Shown here: positions 1-12,810 of the stretch, piece after piece | Layout of the letters: every line of letters starts with the position of its first letter | How positions within the stretch are numbered: position 1 is the first letter of the stretch | The notes under the pieces: generated by a model | What the model was told of the DNA's origin: nothing | The model's database searches: none | The model's input: the letters and a program-made list of their open reading frames with translations, nothing else | Source of the DNA: Octopus bimaculoides | Lineage: Eukaryota | NCBI RefSeq assembly: GCF_001194135.2 | Contig: NC_068988.1 | Coordinates: 59,279,459-59,322,960, forward strand | DNA length: 43,502 nt | Direction of reading: 5' to 3' | Position numbers and translations under genes: made by a program

Positions 1-68
1 GTGTGTGTGTGTGTGTTTAAATATATATACATGTACATAAGCACATACATACACATACAAACATGGGT

Positions 69-134
69 ACATACATACATACATCCATCCATACATACAT
101 ACATACATACATACATACATACATACATACATAC
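69..134. repeat. (CATA)n microsatellite
   Basis: Direct reading. Confidence 0.95.
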
Positions 135-149
135 GTAGTTTCCCAATAA

Positions 150-345
150 GTGAGAAAAGAAAAGGCTTGAACATTTGGATCTTCGGAAAAATGCTTTCCG
201 TTAATTGTTCCGACATTTACAGCCTGGGCTGTAAATACGATAGGTTCAACTTTGGAGCCCGACCAACATTTATCGATAGGATACAGAATTGTGGTCGATG
301 GTATTGACTAATCATCTCCCTTGAATTTTACTCTACCATTTGTCC
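150..345 (+). mobile_element. Highly decayed tRNA-derived SINE, same family as 8739-8958
   Basis: The decayed blocks gaaaaatgctt...gtcgatggtattgactaatcatctccc match the better-preserved copy. Confidence 0.35.
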
Positions 346-401
346 TTTGCAAATTTGGTGATTGTAGTAATAGTAAGAACAACAACGGCAACGCCGACGA
401 C

Positions 402-420
402 GATGGTGATGATGATGATA

Positions 421-466
<46 letters not shown>
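402..466. repeat. (GAT)n microsatellite
   Basis: Direct reading. Confidence 0.95.
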
Positions 467-1861
467 GGGGGAGGAGGAGGGGAGGAGTTGAAGTCTGAAG
501 AAGACGATGGTGATAACGATGGCCACGATGATGATTATTATTATTGTTATAGAATATCTTCTTTATTCCTTTATTATTAAGGAATATGTTAACCCATATT
601 TTGCAATACTTTATGAAGTAAACAACATTTACAAACAACTGTCCAAAATAAAGTTTATTAAGAAGTAAGACCCGCCAACTCTGTAGCCTGTTATATGGTA
701 TTAGATGAAAGATATTTTCTCATGTCACTTCTAACGTTTCATCTGCCGATTTCAGTATGTAATAAACATAGACGAAAAAAGAACTGCTCAGAAAGTAGGT
801 GATGAGGAAAAAAGTTAATAAATACGTATTGAACAGTTGACAAAATGATTCTACTCCACTCTCGCTTATTGCATGCACTAGTAAAAATTGCTTTTACGAC
901 GGTCCTGCCAAAAAGTAATTAAATGCATTCAACATTTGCGCATGCGAATGTTTATTTCAGTGACCCGAAATGATGACGAAGTAGATACGTGAAGTATCTT
1001 TGTTGAGTTCAATACATAAATGTAATTTACAGCAAGTAAGGAAATTAATATTTTCCGGTCAGTAAGAAATTTTGGCATGATATATTAGTTCAATTTCTAT
1101 AATATTATATTATAGGTTTTTCGTGATTCAAGGGGTTTTATACTGAACTGTTTTAACTTGCGATCCACTTCTGTTTTGCAATGTAATTTCCGAGATAAAT
1201 ACCTACTCAATAACAAATAAATAGTGTTAAATTAAATTTAATCAGTTTTCCTAAACCCAAATTTCGTGGCAATAATACAATGGTTGGAGAAACATAAATT
1301 CTTCTATACACGTATATAATTTGTCCAATCTGTGTATACATGTGGACAGACACAACACGTATCTATACGTATGTGTATATATATATATGTATATATGTAN
1401 NNNNNNNNNNNNNNNNNNNNNNNNNNNNNNNNNNNNNNNNNNNNNNNNNNNNNNNNNNNNNNNNNNNNNNNNNNNNNNNNNNNNNNNNNNNNNNNNNNNN
1501 NNNNNNNNNNNNNNNNNNNNNNNNNNNNNNNNNNNNNNNNNNNNNNNNNNNNNNNNNNNNNNNNNNNNNNNNNNNNNNNNNNNNNNNNNNNNNNNNNNNN
1601 NNNNNNNNNNNNNNNNNNNNNNNNNNNNNNNNNNNNNNNNNNNNNNNNNNNNNNNNNNNNNNNNNNNNNNNNNNNNNNNNNNNNNNNNNNNNNNNNNNNN
1701 NNNNNNNNNNNNNNNNNNNNNNNNNNNNNNNNNNNNNNNNNNNNNNNNNNNNNNNNNNNNNNNNNNNNNNNNNNNNNNNNNNNNNNNNNNNNNNNNNNNN
1801 NNNNNNNNNNNNNNNNNNNNNNNNNNNNNNNNNNNNNNNNNNNNNNNNNNNNNNNNTATAT

Positions 1862-1911
<50 letters not shown>

Positions 1912-2799
1912 CTGTATGTATGCATGTATATGTACATATGTATATGTATCTACTATATGTGTGGAAAATTCTATCTGTGGGAGTGTTTGTGGTGTTGTTA
2001 GCTAACTCCTCCTACATCGTTTTATCGGTTTTGATGAAACTTCAAACGTGACTAGAACACATGTCTAGAAACCTCATTACATACTCAAATCATTGAAAAT
2101 CGATAATAGGGGCCCTGGAAAGGTCCTTATATATGACCAAGGGAAATAATGCATTTATTTTCCGAAATTATTTGGTAAAAATGAAATTGAGTATGTTTAT
2201 TTCTTAGTATTTATTTTCGCAATTTATCCAGTACAACCCTTAAACAAGTAAATAGTATTTTTCTAAACAATAGATCCCTTTATTTCGGTTAGTAACTTAT
2301 TCACGAAGATACCAACACTAGAGCCACTTGAGGGTAATATTGCCTGTGAACGGACAAAATTCCTTTTCGGAGTTATTTACTTTGAATTGTTATATCTCAT
2401 ACACCATTAGCCTGTTATTACGTTACATGCTTCATGATTTTAGTATACATACCTTATTAGTATTTACTCCTATGTTCTATATACTCTGGCAACGCATTAA
2501 AACTCTTTTCAGTGCTACTTTATATGAATTTTTCCTATCGGGTAACTAATTTCATGTTATTACATAACTGACTTCACAATTTGTGTATTCATAACTTATT
2601 GAGAATTCCTAAAAACAAGATCCTGTGTAAGACAGTTCGGTATTCTCTGTAAATGCACAAAAACCGTTTCAAGGGTTATATACTTTGTATTGCTGCTATT
2701 GGATCAGTAAAACAATTTTGAGACGGAACCAAAGGATAAGCCCCGCTTTCCCTGGAATTATCGGATACGTCTGCTAGAATATACATATGTGTATATATA

Positions 2800-3240
2800 T
2801 ATATGGCGAACAAATGTGTGGAGAACAGTGAAACCATTTCAAGAGGCCAGTATAACGCATGTAAGATTCAAAAGAGATCTTAAGAAGAATGTTACGATCG
2901 AGACCGTGAATGACAATGAACTTTTTTGTGCACATTTTGTGAGAGACCATGCCTGTCTTTTGCTGGGTTCAAATCTCATCTGCGAACCCATGGAAATGGA
3001 ACCTCCACCAACTATTCTGCTATATGTCTGCTACTTCAGGCTGATGACGAGCAAAGGCTCAGAAACATGCCCCTGAATGCTGGCTAGGCTGGGTGGAGGA
3101 GTTTGTCTCCCCGTCGCAAACATAAGGATACAGGAAATGTGTCAAGGCGGACAGGAAGCTGTCTAGCTTCCTAGGGCTAAATAGCAGTAGTATATTCCCT
3201 TATTGGGACTGTCACGTTAAGTTGGCAGTATACAACTACT
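2800..3240 (+). mobile_element. 3' end relic of an RTE-like LINE (C-terminal C2H2-like knuckle plus 3' region)
   Basis: WRTVKPFQEASITHVRFKRDLKK is followed by C-A-H-(2-nt shift)-CERPCLSFAGFKSHLRTH (2927-2991), resembling the C-terminal zinc finger of RTE-type ORF2. The 3' part has a diverged relative at 17290-17430. Confidence 0.55.
3035..3077 (+). ncRNA. Minimal type I hammerhead ribozyme motif, probably inactive (U16.1 to C)
   Basis: UUCAGG CUGAUGA c GAGC-AAAG-GCUC a GAAA CAUG CC CCUGAA. Stem I is a perfect 6 bp, the core is exact, stem II is 4 bp and the loop CAUG is palindromic. Confidence 0.75.
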
Positions 3241-3280
3241 TTATATATATACAGATATATAATACATATATGTATATATA

Positions 3281-3330
<50 letters not shown>

Positions 3331-5179
3331 NNNNNNNNNNNNNNNNNNNNNNNNNNNNNNNNNNNNNNNNNNNNNNNNNNNNNNNNNNNNNNNNNNNNNN
3401 NNNNNNNNNNNNNNNNNNNNNNNNNNNNNNNNNNNNNNNNNNNNNNNNNNNNNNNNNNNNNNNNNNNNNNNNNNNNNNNNNNNNNNNNNNNNNNNNNNNN
3501 NNNNNNNNNNNNNNNNNNNNNNNNNNNNNNNNNNNNNNNNNNNNNNNNNNNNNNNNNNNNNNNNNNNNNNNNNNNNNNNNNNNNNNNNNNNNNNNNNNNN
3601 NNNNNNNNNNNNNNNNNNNNNNNNNNNNNNNNNNNNNNNNNNNNNNNNNNNNNNNNNNNNNNNNNNNNNNNNNNNNNNNNNNNNNNNNNNNNNNNNNNNN
3701 NNNNNNNNNNNNNNNNNNNNNNNNNNNNNNNNNNNNNNNNNNNNNNNNNNNNNNNNNNNNNNNNNNNNNNNNNNNNNNNNNNNNNNNNNNNNNNNNNNNN
3801 NNNNNNNNNNNNNNNNNNNNNNNNNNNNNNNNNNNNNNNNNNNNNNNNNNNNNNNNNNNNNNNNNNNNNNNNNNNNNNNNNNNNNNNNNNNNNNNNNNNN
3901 NNNNNNNNNNNNNNNNNNNNNNNNNNNNNNNNNNNNNNNNNNNNNNNNNNNNNNNNNNNNNNNNNNNNNNNNNNNNNNNNNNNNNNNNNNNNNNNNNNNN
4001 NNNNNNNNNNNNNNNNNNNNNNNNNNNNNNNNNNNNNNNNNNNNNNNNNNNNNNNNNNNNNNNNNNNNNNNNNNNNNNNNNNNNNNNNNNNNNNNNNNNN
4101 NNNNNNNNNNNNNNNNNNNNNNNNNNNNNNNNNNNNNNNNNNNNNNNATATTAATCTTTGATTTGTATGTTCAGTTACAATTACAGCTATATATTTCTAG
4201 AACCTAGAGACTATGATATTCCACCCATTTACGCCGTCATGGGGCCATGAACCATTGACGTTAATTTCGATTTTATGTAGTCTATCTTGAATTTGAATTT
4301 TTCTCTGGGGCAAACAAGAATTCATTTCGAAATTGACCAAACAAAATGTGCTACATACTAACGTTCTTTTGCGTTTCCCTAAAGTGTTCCATAACAAAAT
4401 ATTGACATTCCAGTTACTACGGTTTTAAATAATGGACTTTATGTATTTGATCTTTCACTTTCAATACAATGAAACCAAAGATAACTCAGTTTCCTAACAC
4501 AATTCTGAATATGATAAAATCACATGCAATTCATTAGCAAAATAGCGATGATAGCGAAACGAACTAGACCGAAACCCATTCCTGCCATCGGAAATTGTAC
4601 AACTTAATTGCGAAAGGTACGTAAGTATGTATGGATGGATAGATGGATGTATGGATGGGTGGGCGGATAGATGGATGGAGGCATACATGCAAGTAGTTAT
4701 GTACGTCTGTAGGTATATATTTATGCATGTATGTATATGTGTGAGTGCGTATGTATCTGCAGCAGGAAAATATGAAAACGAATAAAAGAAAACGATCATC
4801 TTTTAGCTCCAGGACATCACTTGTTAATGAATCCTATAGCCAAAAGCCATCCAACTAATGTACTCACCACTTCAAATCTAAGCGCTGATCCTGTATTTAG
4901 AAGGCATTATTCAATTGTTCATAGTTTGTAATAATTTTAAATAGAATTCAAGCTGAGTGTTTGCAGCAAATCGAACACATACAGGCCATCACTTTGGTTT
5001 TTCTGGCGTTGTTTACTTTGTAGTCCTCCACATAGCTGATGGGGCTCATAAATATATTGAATGAAATTCACTTTAGCATCTAGTATTATATTTAAAATCT
5101 TTTGCTCAAACAAGGCTCAGTGGATATGAACGTCACAAGTTCGTCTTGAGTCAGCATTATTAACATACAATTAATCATT

Positions 5180-5353
5180 CAGCTCTGCAAGACACTTAGC
5201 AGCATTTTCTCCGACAGTACGTTCCTGTTTCTAATTCTACTGCGGTTGAATGTACCGCTCATCCTTTCGGTGTCCATAAGCACCAGTGTCGATGTACAGG
5301 TCGTGCCACCCATCCTCGAAATTACTGACCTTGAACCCAAATTTCGAACCAAT
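5180..5353 (+). mobile_element. Decayed tRNA-derived SINE, same family as 8739-8958
   Basis: Contains tcatcctttcgg, agcaccag and the 3' block gaaattactgaccttgaacccaaatttcgaaccaatatt shared with other copies. Confidence 0.55.
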
Positions 5354-6255
5354 ATTTACAATTAATTTCCGGACGCGTGTGACGCACGGATGTAAATTTT
5401 CGCCAGCGTAACATTCTATTGCATATAACTGACTTAAAATATTAACGGTCTAAGATAAATGAAATTTATGTATTTTGCAATCAAAACAGTATTTTCTTAC
5501 CTATATCACTCAATATGCAGAAATATACCTTTCAAACACAATCACATATACCTTTCAAACATACAAGCAATGTAAAATTACATTCACTTACACATATGCA
5601 CGTATAAACGCAATAACACATATGAAATGATAAACAAGAACAAAATAGAATATTTAGCCAAAGGATAATTTGCAGCATCCCGAAATGTGAGATGCTTGAA
5701 AATAAATATTGCTTAGAACAACACACATTTTCTTTAATGCTTCTAGTTTAAGTTTTCCAGAAAAGAAAAAAAAAAGAAACCTGGCACTTCTCCAGGTAAT
5801 TTGCTTCTGAAAAAGAATATCAGCTGTGAGGAAACGTCAGTCAGAGTAGAGGAAACAACCAAATAGATTGATTGGCTTGGAAGAAAAGTCTCTGCAAATA
5901 CCAAAGATATCGTCTGCATTAATTATTGCAAGCATTTTCTGGTTAATCAGCAATTAAAAAATGATCTAACCGCTTAAAAAGCATGCTCAGAATTTACTTA
6001 AAATAAACTTTACGAATAGTTGTAAAGATAAAGCAACACAGGAGGTTAATAATAAGCATACACACGAACAACTGATAGATTCAGGAATATATACGTAAGT
6101 ATCCCAAAACAAAGTAAAACAAGGCATATTTATACATGAATTCATGTATGTATCAAGAGAGATAGAACTCTATATATCTATCTGTCTATCAATCTGTCAC
6201 ACTATATATGCATCCGTCCATTACCACAGTCATACGTCATTTGCACTCACTTCAA

Positions 6256-6301
<46 letters not shown>

Positions 6302-7467
6302 NNNNNNNNNNNNNNNNNNNNNNNNNNNNNNNNNNNNNNNNNNNNNNNNNNNNNNNNNNNNNNNNNNNNNNNNNNNNNNNNNNNNNNNNNNNNNNNNNNN
6401 NNNNNNNNNNNNNNNNNNNNNNNNNNNNNNNNNNNNNNNNNNNNNNNNNNNNNNNNNNNNNNNNNNNNNNNNNNNNNNNNNNNNNNNNNNNNNNNNNNNN
6501 NNNNNNNNNATATATATATATATATATATATATATACGAGTGGAAATAAAAATGTAAGGAAACAAAAGTAATAGTTGAACTGTTACATAATTTTTACACA
6601 TAGTTCTTCATTTTTTATTAACTTGAAGCGGTTTGCAGGCTTCGTTATTCCGTCAAAGATAGCTTCTCATAACTTGACATCGATGTAACTTTGTATAAAT
6701 ATAGCAGTTTTGGAAAAATGCATGCTTAACTAAGATGTAAAAAATTACTGTCATCGAGGAAGAAAATCTCTGAAAAACGAAATCCATAGTAGCTGTCTAA
6801 ATTTTAGCTCTTTCACTAATCAAGGTTTGTTTTCTTTCTTGTTTATAGTTTGCTGTACAGATGCGTTTTCTCTTTTAGAATGCAAGGTAAACTTACTTTG
6901 ACAGCATAGGTTTCCCTAGATGGAGAATGATTTAATTATTCCATAATCATGACTCAGTTTATTAAAATATATAAATTAAAATATTGCTTTCTATAGTTTT
7001 CATGGGCTGTAACAGAAGCTAATCTGGAAAATTATTGCTTAATATATTTGTTTAAATTTAGTAAGTGTATCAAAGTAATATAAATGTAAAATCTGGATAT
7101 TGTTTTCTGTATCCATCGTAAATCAATATCATTGATCTTAGCTTGGCTCAAACTGATAACACGATATTATCAAACTCCGCTTACCATAAATCTTGGTTGT
7201 CAAACATTTTTGTTTTTTAAATCTCTGATAAGCAAACGTGAAATAAAGACGTGTTAAGTTACAAACACCGTCGTTTTTAGACATTTCCTTTAACGTTTCC
7301 CAGAGGAAATAAAATAAAAAGAATATCCTTTTATTCTCTTCAGCAAGTTATTGGTTTGACTGAAATGCATAGACAATGATAAAATTCAGAGCTGCATTAC
7401 ATACGTTCTATCAGTTACGTATGCAATTATTAATATATATGCTACGTACAAGTGTCAGTGTGACAGT

Positions 7468-7840
7468 GTGGGCAATGACCCAGTGGTTAGAGCAACAGGC
7501 TTTCGGTCGCGGGATCGTGGTTTCGATTTCTAGACCGGGCGTTGTCAGTGTTTTTTGAGCGAAAACACCTACAACTCCGACAGGTGATGGTGGCGAACTT
7601 TGTTGTTATCTCTCAGCACAACTTCCTCTCATTCTTTCGTTTTGTTTCTGTTGTACTTGTGATTCAAATGGCCAGCATTGTAACACTCGGTGTCACGCTG
7701 AATCTCCCCGAAAACTACGTTAAGTGTATACGTGTCTGTGGAGTGCTCAGCCACTTACACGTTAATTTCATGAGCAGAATGTTCCGTTGATCGGATCAAA
7801 TGGAACCCTCGTCGTCCTAACCGACGGAGTGCTACGACAA
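7468..7840 (+). mobile_element. tRNA-derived SINE (about 370 bp)
   Basis: Pol III A-box TGACCCAGTGG (7476-7486) and B-box GGTTTCGATTTC (7519-7530) are followed by a non-tRNA body. Direct repeats GTGACAGT at 7460-7467 and 7841-7848 are a candidate TSD. Confidence 0.75.
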
Positions 7841-8738
7841 GTGACAGTAAACAAATGCAAATATCTCTCACAGAATTTGCCACTGACATGTTTCGATAAA
7901 TAAAAGTTTATGGATAATTTGTGCTAAGCACAAACATGCTTTAAGAAAATTATGATGATTTATCGTAAAGATATATTTCTAATATATCATTATGTGCCCA
8001 GAATTTAATGTTAAATATAAAGATATGTGAATGTGTGCGTATGTGTATATGTATCTTTGTGTGAGTGTGTGTGTGTGTGTATGATTTATATGTGTGTGTG
8101 AGAAAGAATAGCAATATCTTCTAACCTACATAGCAAAATCCACCAAAAACAGAATGTTATTTCCTGTAAATTTTGTGAAACGATCTCTCTCAAAGCCTAA
8201 GAAAGTCTTGTTTTGATTTTCTTAACAACCTAGGAACATAAATCTTAATTGTCACAGCAATTAAAAGAGTTCTCTGCCAATACTAGGAATTGATTTCTTC
8301 GCTAGAATTCAAGAAATTCAAGCGGATGTTTGAAATCGCAGAAGAAGACGAATGTTAATAGTATTCATCTTAAGCTGCATTGTATTGGGAACGGATTTTC
8401 ATGCCTTACGTTTTTCTCCTCTTCTACGCATACAAAAGCATTTTCTTTTGTATAGAATGCTTTCTCGGCACACATTACAATTCATTAAAAACACCTTGGT
8501 ATTTGTTACACAGAAACAGACCGTCCAGTTTTGTAACGGAGTTATTCCAGCTGCTGAGTTGCCAAGTATTTTGGCACGCAGTACACATGTCAATCGACTG
8601 TAGAATGCCGTACATTTAATTAATTTTAAATCTTTCAGTCTCTCTTGAAATTCACTCGACGCATCTTTGCTGCGTAGATTTTTCAGTGAATACTCAATAT
8701 CAAGTTCAAAAATGAAAGCCCTCATCACGTACACCATT

Positions 8739-8958
8739 AATATTAGTTTCCGATTTTGACACAAAGCCAGCAAATTTGGGTGAGGTGGGGGCAATCAGTT
8801 ACATCAGCCAAGTGCTCGTCTGGTACTTATTTTATTCACCCCGAAAATATGAAAGACAACATCGACCGCGGTGGAATTTGAACTCAGAAGGTAAATGCGG
8901 ATGGAATTCCCGTAAGAATTTTTCCTGGTGTGTTAACGATACTACTAGTTCGCTGCCC
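8739..8958 (-). mobile_element. tRNA-derived SINE
   Basis: Minus strand: ggcagcgaactagtagtatcgttaacac, B-box GAGTTCAAATTCC, ttttcggggtgaataaaataagtaccag, and 3' end aaatttgctggctttgtgtcaaaatcggaaactaatatt. Related copies lie at 5180-5353 and 18085-18212. Confidence 0.75.
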
Positions 8959-10536
8959 TATATTCACCATTAATATTGGAAACAGTTTCCTTTGTTTTGT
9001 TATCCATTTTTAAATCCGAAAATAAGATAGAATCAATTTGCATTCTTTCGCTTCATTTTTCTCACAAGATAATTACCATGCAATCCCAGAAAAAAACAGA
9101 GGCACCATATTTCAACGAAATAACATAACTATATTTGAACCCGTGTTTAATCCTAAGTAGGCGCAAGAATTTTAAAGAAAACAGCATTAGTTTTTAGTCA
9201 AACGCAGTTACACACAGGCATACACATATGCATACGCACACATATATGCGTATAAACAGACAGAGACACATATATAATGTCATAAATATATATATATATA
9301 NNNNNNNNNNNNNNNNNNNNNNNNNNNNNNNNNNNNNNNNNNNNNNNNNNNNNNNNNNNNNNNNNNNNNNNNNNNNNNNNNNNNNNNNNNNNNNNNNNNN
9401 NNNNNNNNNNNNNNNNNNNNNNNNNNNNNNNNTAAATATATACATATATATATACATTAAAAGTACTAGATTAAATTTTTCTAGTATACTTTATAAAAAT
9501 TAATTTATTACGTATTGTTCAGGATTTTAAACATAGCTTAATTAAAGGACTGAGAGTAATATATCCCATCTGTTACCTAATTCCTGGGTTTCTTGCCGTA
9601 ATAGTTATCACAGTGACAGTTTGATTAGGGAATGCAAACATTGTGTAACTGCTTCAGTTTACTCTAAGAAGATATGAAATTTACTACGCTACATTAATCA
9701 GAATATGAGTTCCCGTCATTTGATTAAAGAGATGTTTACACTTGCGAATAAATTCAAATGCTGGATATGGATTTGTTAAGATTCAAGAATTATATGAACC
9801 TAGGCGAGAGAGAGAGAGAGAGAGATAGAGAAAGAGAGAGAGATATGTATATATATACCTTTTGTTTATTATATGTAGGGAAATAATTATGTGAGCTAAC
9901 ATGATCTGCCCCACCACCGCTCCCAGACCAAAATATATAAAAACAACATTTCTTTCAACAAACATTTTTTTTTATAAAAAGACAATTTTCTTACGCCTCA
10001 GTAACGTCACAACCCTAGACACACGCCTAAAACAAAAAACAATTTCTGAGAAAGAATTTGGGAAAACAGTTAACCTTTATATTTCTCACCAAAGGTCAAC
10101 AATTCAAATGGTTTCAATAGACGCCCCTTTAACATCCTACCAACTCAACTCCACCCCCAATCAAATATCTTGTTTTCACCATTCACTATTCTCTTTCAGC
10201 TTTTATTCATTATCAGACTTTCACTCCCACACTGATTAACAAAACCCCACCCCACCCCAAATACACCTAAATTCTATATATTGAATCACATAGCCCCAAA
10301 CCCTCCGATCTGTTTGACAACGAAATCGAGAAAGTTCTCCAGAAACGTTAACTAGGAATATTTGTAACAATCTCCCCATCTCAGTTAACAAAGAACTTAC
10401 TAGATCTATGAACTGAAGTGTAAAATTTATATTATTAGAAAATTAAGAACTAATGAATTATACTGATTAGAACAACCAGTGAAGTCATCTTTTTACAAAG
10501 ATACCTATATGTGCCAAGGATGTCCCATTGTTTCCA

Positions 10537-10576
<40 letters not shown>

Positions 10577-10603
10577 NNNNNNNNNNNNNNNNNNNNNNNN
10601 NNN

Positions 10604-10669
<66 letters not shown>

Positions 10670-10883
10670 TAGATAGATAGATAGATAGATAGATACGTAC
10701 ATACATACATACATATATACATCTATATAAATATGTCTGTATATATATATTATTTTGTTTAAAAGAGTTCCAACACTGTCTGTTTTTTATGTTTTATTTA
10801 TATTCCTGCAAAACCAATGTGGGATATAAAATATGGAATATACAATATATAATATAATATGCAATATATAATATAAAATAAAA

Positions 10884-11179
10884 ATGGATGGTACTATGAA
10901 ATAAAGTATTGAATGTCTTATTGAATATATGGAATATGTCTTATTGAATAGATGAAATATTGAGTCTTCAATATAAAGGATTAAATATATAAATATATTA
11001 AAGTCTGTCATACCGGCCATGATGAAATACCACAAGGTATAGAACATATGAAATACCACAAGGTATACAAAATACATATTCGCCTTTATATATTTATATA
11101 TTTAATCCTTTATATTGAAGACTCAATATTTCATCTATTCAATAAGACATTCAATACTTTATTTCATAGTACCATCCAT
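10884..11179. repeat. Long inverted repeat (92-bp arms, 89-bp spacer)
   Basis: The reverse complement of 11088-11179 is identical to 10884-10998 once a 23-nt tandem duplication (10928-10950) is removed. The spacer holds a 20-bp direct repeat (11022-11041 and 11048-11067). Confidence 0.95.
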
Positions 11180-11409
11180 ATTNNNNNNNNNNTATATATA
11201 TATACATGTGCGTGTGTAAGTATGAGGGTATGTATATAAACAGAAAGTGAGAGAGAGAGTGAGGGAGGGAGATAGAGATAGATACAAACGCAACATGCTT
11301 ATGGTTTTCCTTTACTTCTTCATTGTGAAATAACAGTGATTAATCAAATGAAAACATGGATTGATTACCGGATCGAACAACCCAGAATCTGCTCCCTTCA
11401 ACCGCTTGA

Positions 11410-11565
11410 TAACCGATATTTTTGTATTTACGTCGCCGTAAACTAGCGGTTCGACAAAAGAGTGGAAGTGAATAAATATTAGGCTCCAAGCGAAAATAAT
11501 AAGCACTTCGAAAGATTAGTTTGTCTAAAATTCGTCAAGGTGGTGCCCCAGCATGGTCACACTCT
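11410..11565 (+). mobile_element. SINE-like repeat fragment
   Basis: tttacgtcgccgtaaactagcggttcgacaaaagag...ggtggtgccccagcatggtcac resembles a common cephalopod SINE body, recognised from memory only. Confidence 0.4.
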
Positions 11566-11723
11566 ATTACTTTAATTAAATTATATATATATATATATAT
11601 AGATAAATAAAAACACACACGCGCTTGACAGAAATAAACAGGCACACATTAAACATCAATTTATGTTTATTCTAACTTATGAAGGTTTATATTTTTTATT
11701 AATTAACATTTTTACTGTTTCAG

Positions 11724-12810
11724 GTTCGCTATGTGACACTTTAAAATCATGCCATGTACAAAAGAGGGCTTGGAACCGTCTACATTTCAAAGAGGCCGTA
11801 TTGTGGGTTATTCTAAAGATGGAGATAGCGTAAAACCTGCTTCTACAGTTAATAAAGTCATTGTGCAATTCAACAGAGAGGAGAAGTCCACATCACCTCG
11901 CCCAGATCAACAAGGGACCTCTGACAGGACCCTTCTCTTTGCTAAGTGAACTGTGGAGGATAATCCTCGTTGCAAGGCCCCTGACATAGGAGAACAAGTT
12001 GATGTCAGTCCCAGAACCGCTGTCAGGTATCTCCACAATCTTGGTTACTATTGCGGAGCAGCAAGAAAGAATCCACTTTTTCGACCAGCCAACATTAAGC
12101 GTAGAAAAAATTCGGCCTGTGAAATGGCGGAGAGGCCACTAGCATTTTGGGACACTTATATTCTCTGATGAGTCCAGATTTGCTGCATTTCCTGACAATG
12201 CTCGGGTGTAAGTCTGGAGACTCTGTGATTAAAAATTTGATGTATAAAGATTGCAGCCAACAGCTATTCCATGATGGTCTGGGGAGCAATGGTCGATCAG
12301 AGCTGGTGGAGTGTGAGGGAAATATAAACTTAGATAACTCTTTCCAATGTTCTCCAGTGATGAAATGATTAAAGAAGACTTTATTTATGGAATATGGGGT
12401 TCGTTGTCACACGGCTTAAATGACCCCAAATTTGTTGGATGAGAATGGCATTAAAAAGCTTTCATGGGGAAGCCAATCACCAGATATGAATTTATCGAAC
12501 AACAGTGGGACATAATGGATAGGACACTTCATAAAAACAACAAAGGAAAGCATCTTCTAAGCTAAACCTTTTGAGATTACTGCATGAAACGTGGCAAAAA
12601 ATTCCGCAAGATAATATACATCATCTGATCAGTAACATGCCTAATATGGCCCATACGTTGAAAAATGCAAACGGCATGTCTTTTAAATATTAACTATTCC
12701 CATTCATACAATTAATAAATAATTTGAATGCATCATTTCAGATTTAGATAAAAATTAATGATTACAATTGTGTCATTTTACTTCTATCATGTCTGTGCAT
12801 ATGTAGTGTA
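11724..12810 (+). mobile_element. Degenerate Tc1-family (DD34E-type) transposon, left end missing
   Basis: ATG at 11749 leads to an HTH-like region (STFQRGRIVG; VSPRTAVRYLHNLGY..AARKNPL). Catalytic motifs are FSDESRF (12161-12181), a decayed second Asp (FMEYGVRCHTA) and QSPDMN-IEQQWD (about 12474-12512). There are multiple stops and frameshifts. The right end ...ATGTAGTG-TA is Tc1-like. Confidence 0.85.

Noticed and set aside
3090-3195. HDV-like ribozyme hints (TCCCCGTCG, a hairpin, then GCTAA)
   Set aside because: I could not assign consistent P1, P2 and P3 pairings.
7468-7540. tRNA gene
   Set aside because: It has A and B boxes but no complete cloverleaf or T-run terminator and continues into a SINE body.
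7880-7900. Minus-strand CGAAACATGTC
   Set aside because: It matches a hammerhead 3' half but no upstream core or stems exist.
12165-12175. CTGATGAGTC hammerhead-like core
   Set aside because: It is the coding sequence of the Tc1 SDES motif, with no GAAA or stems.
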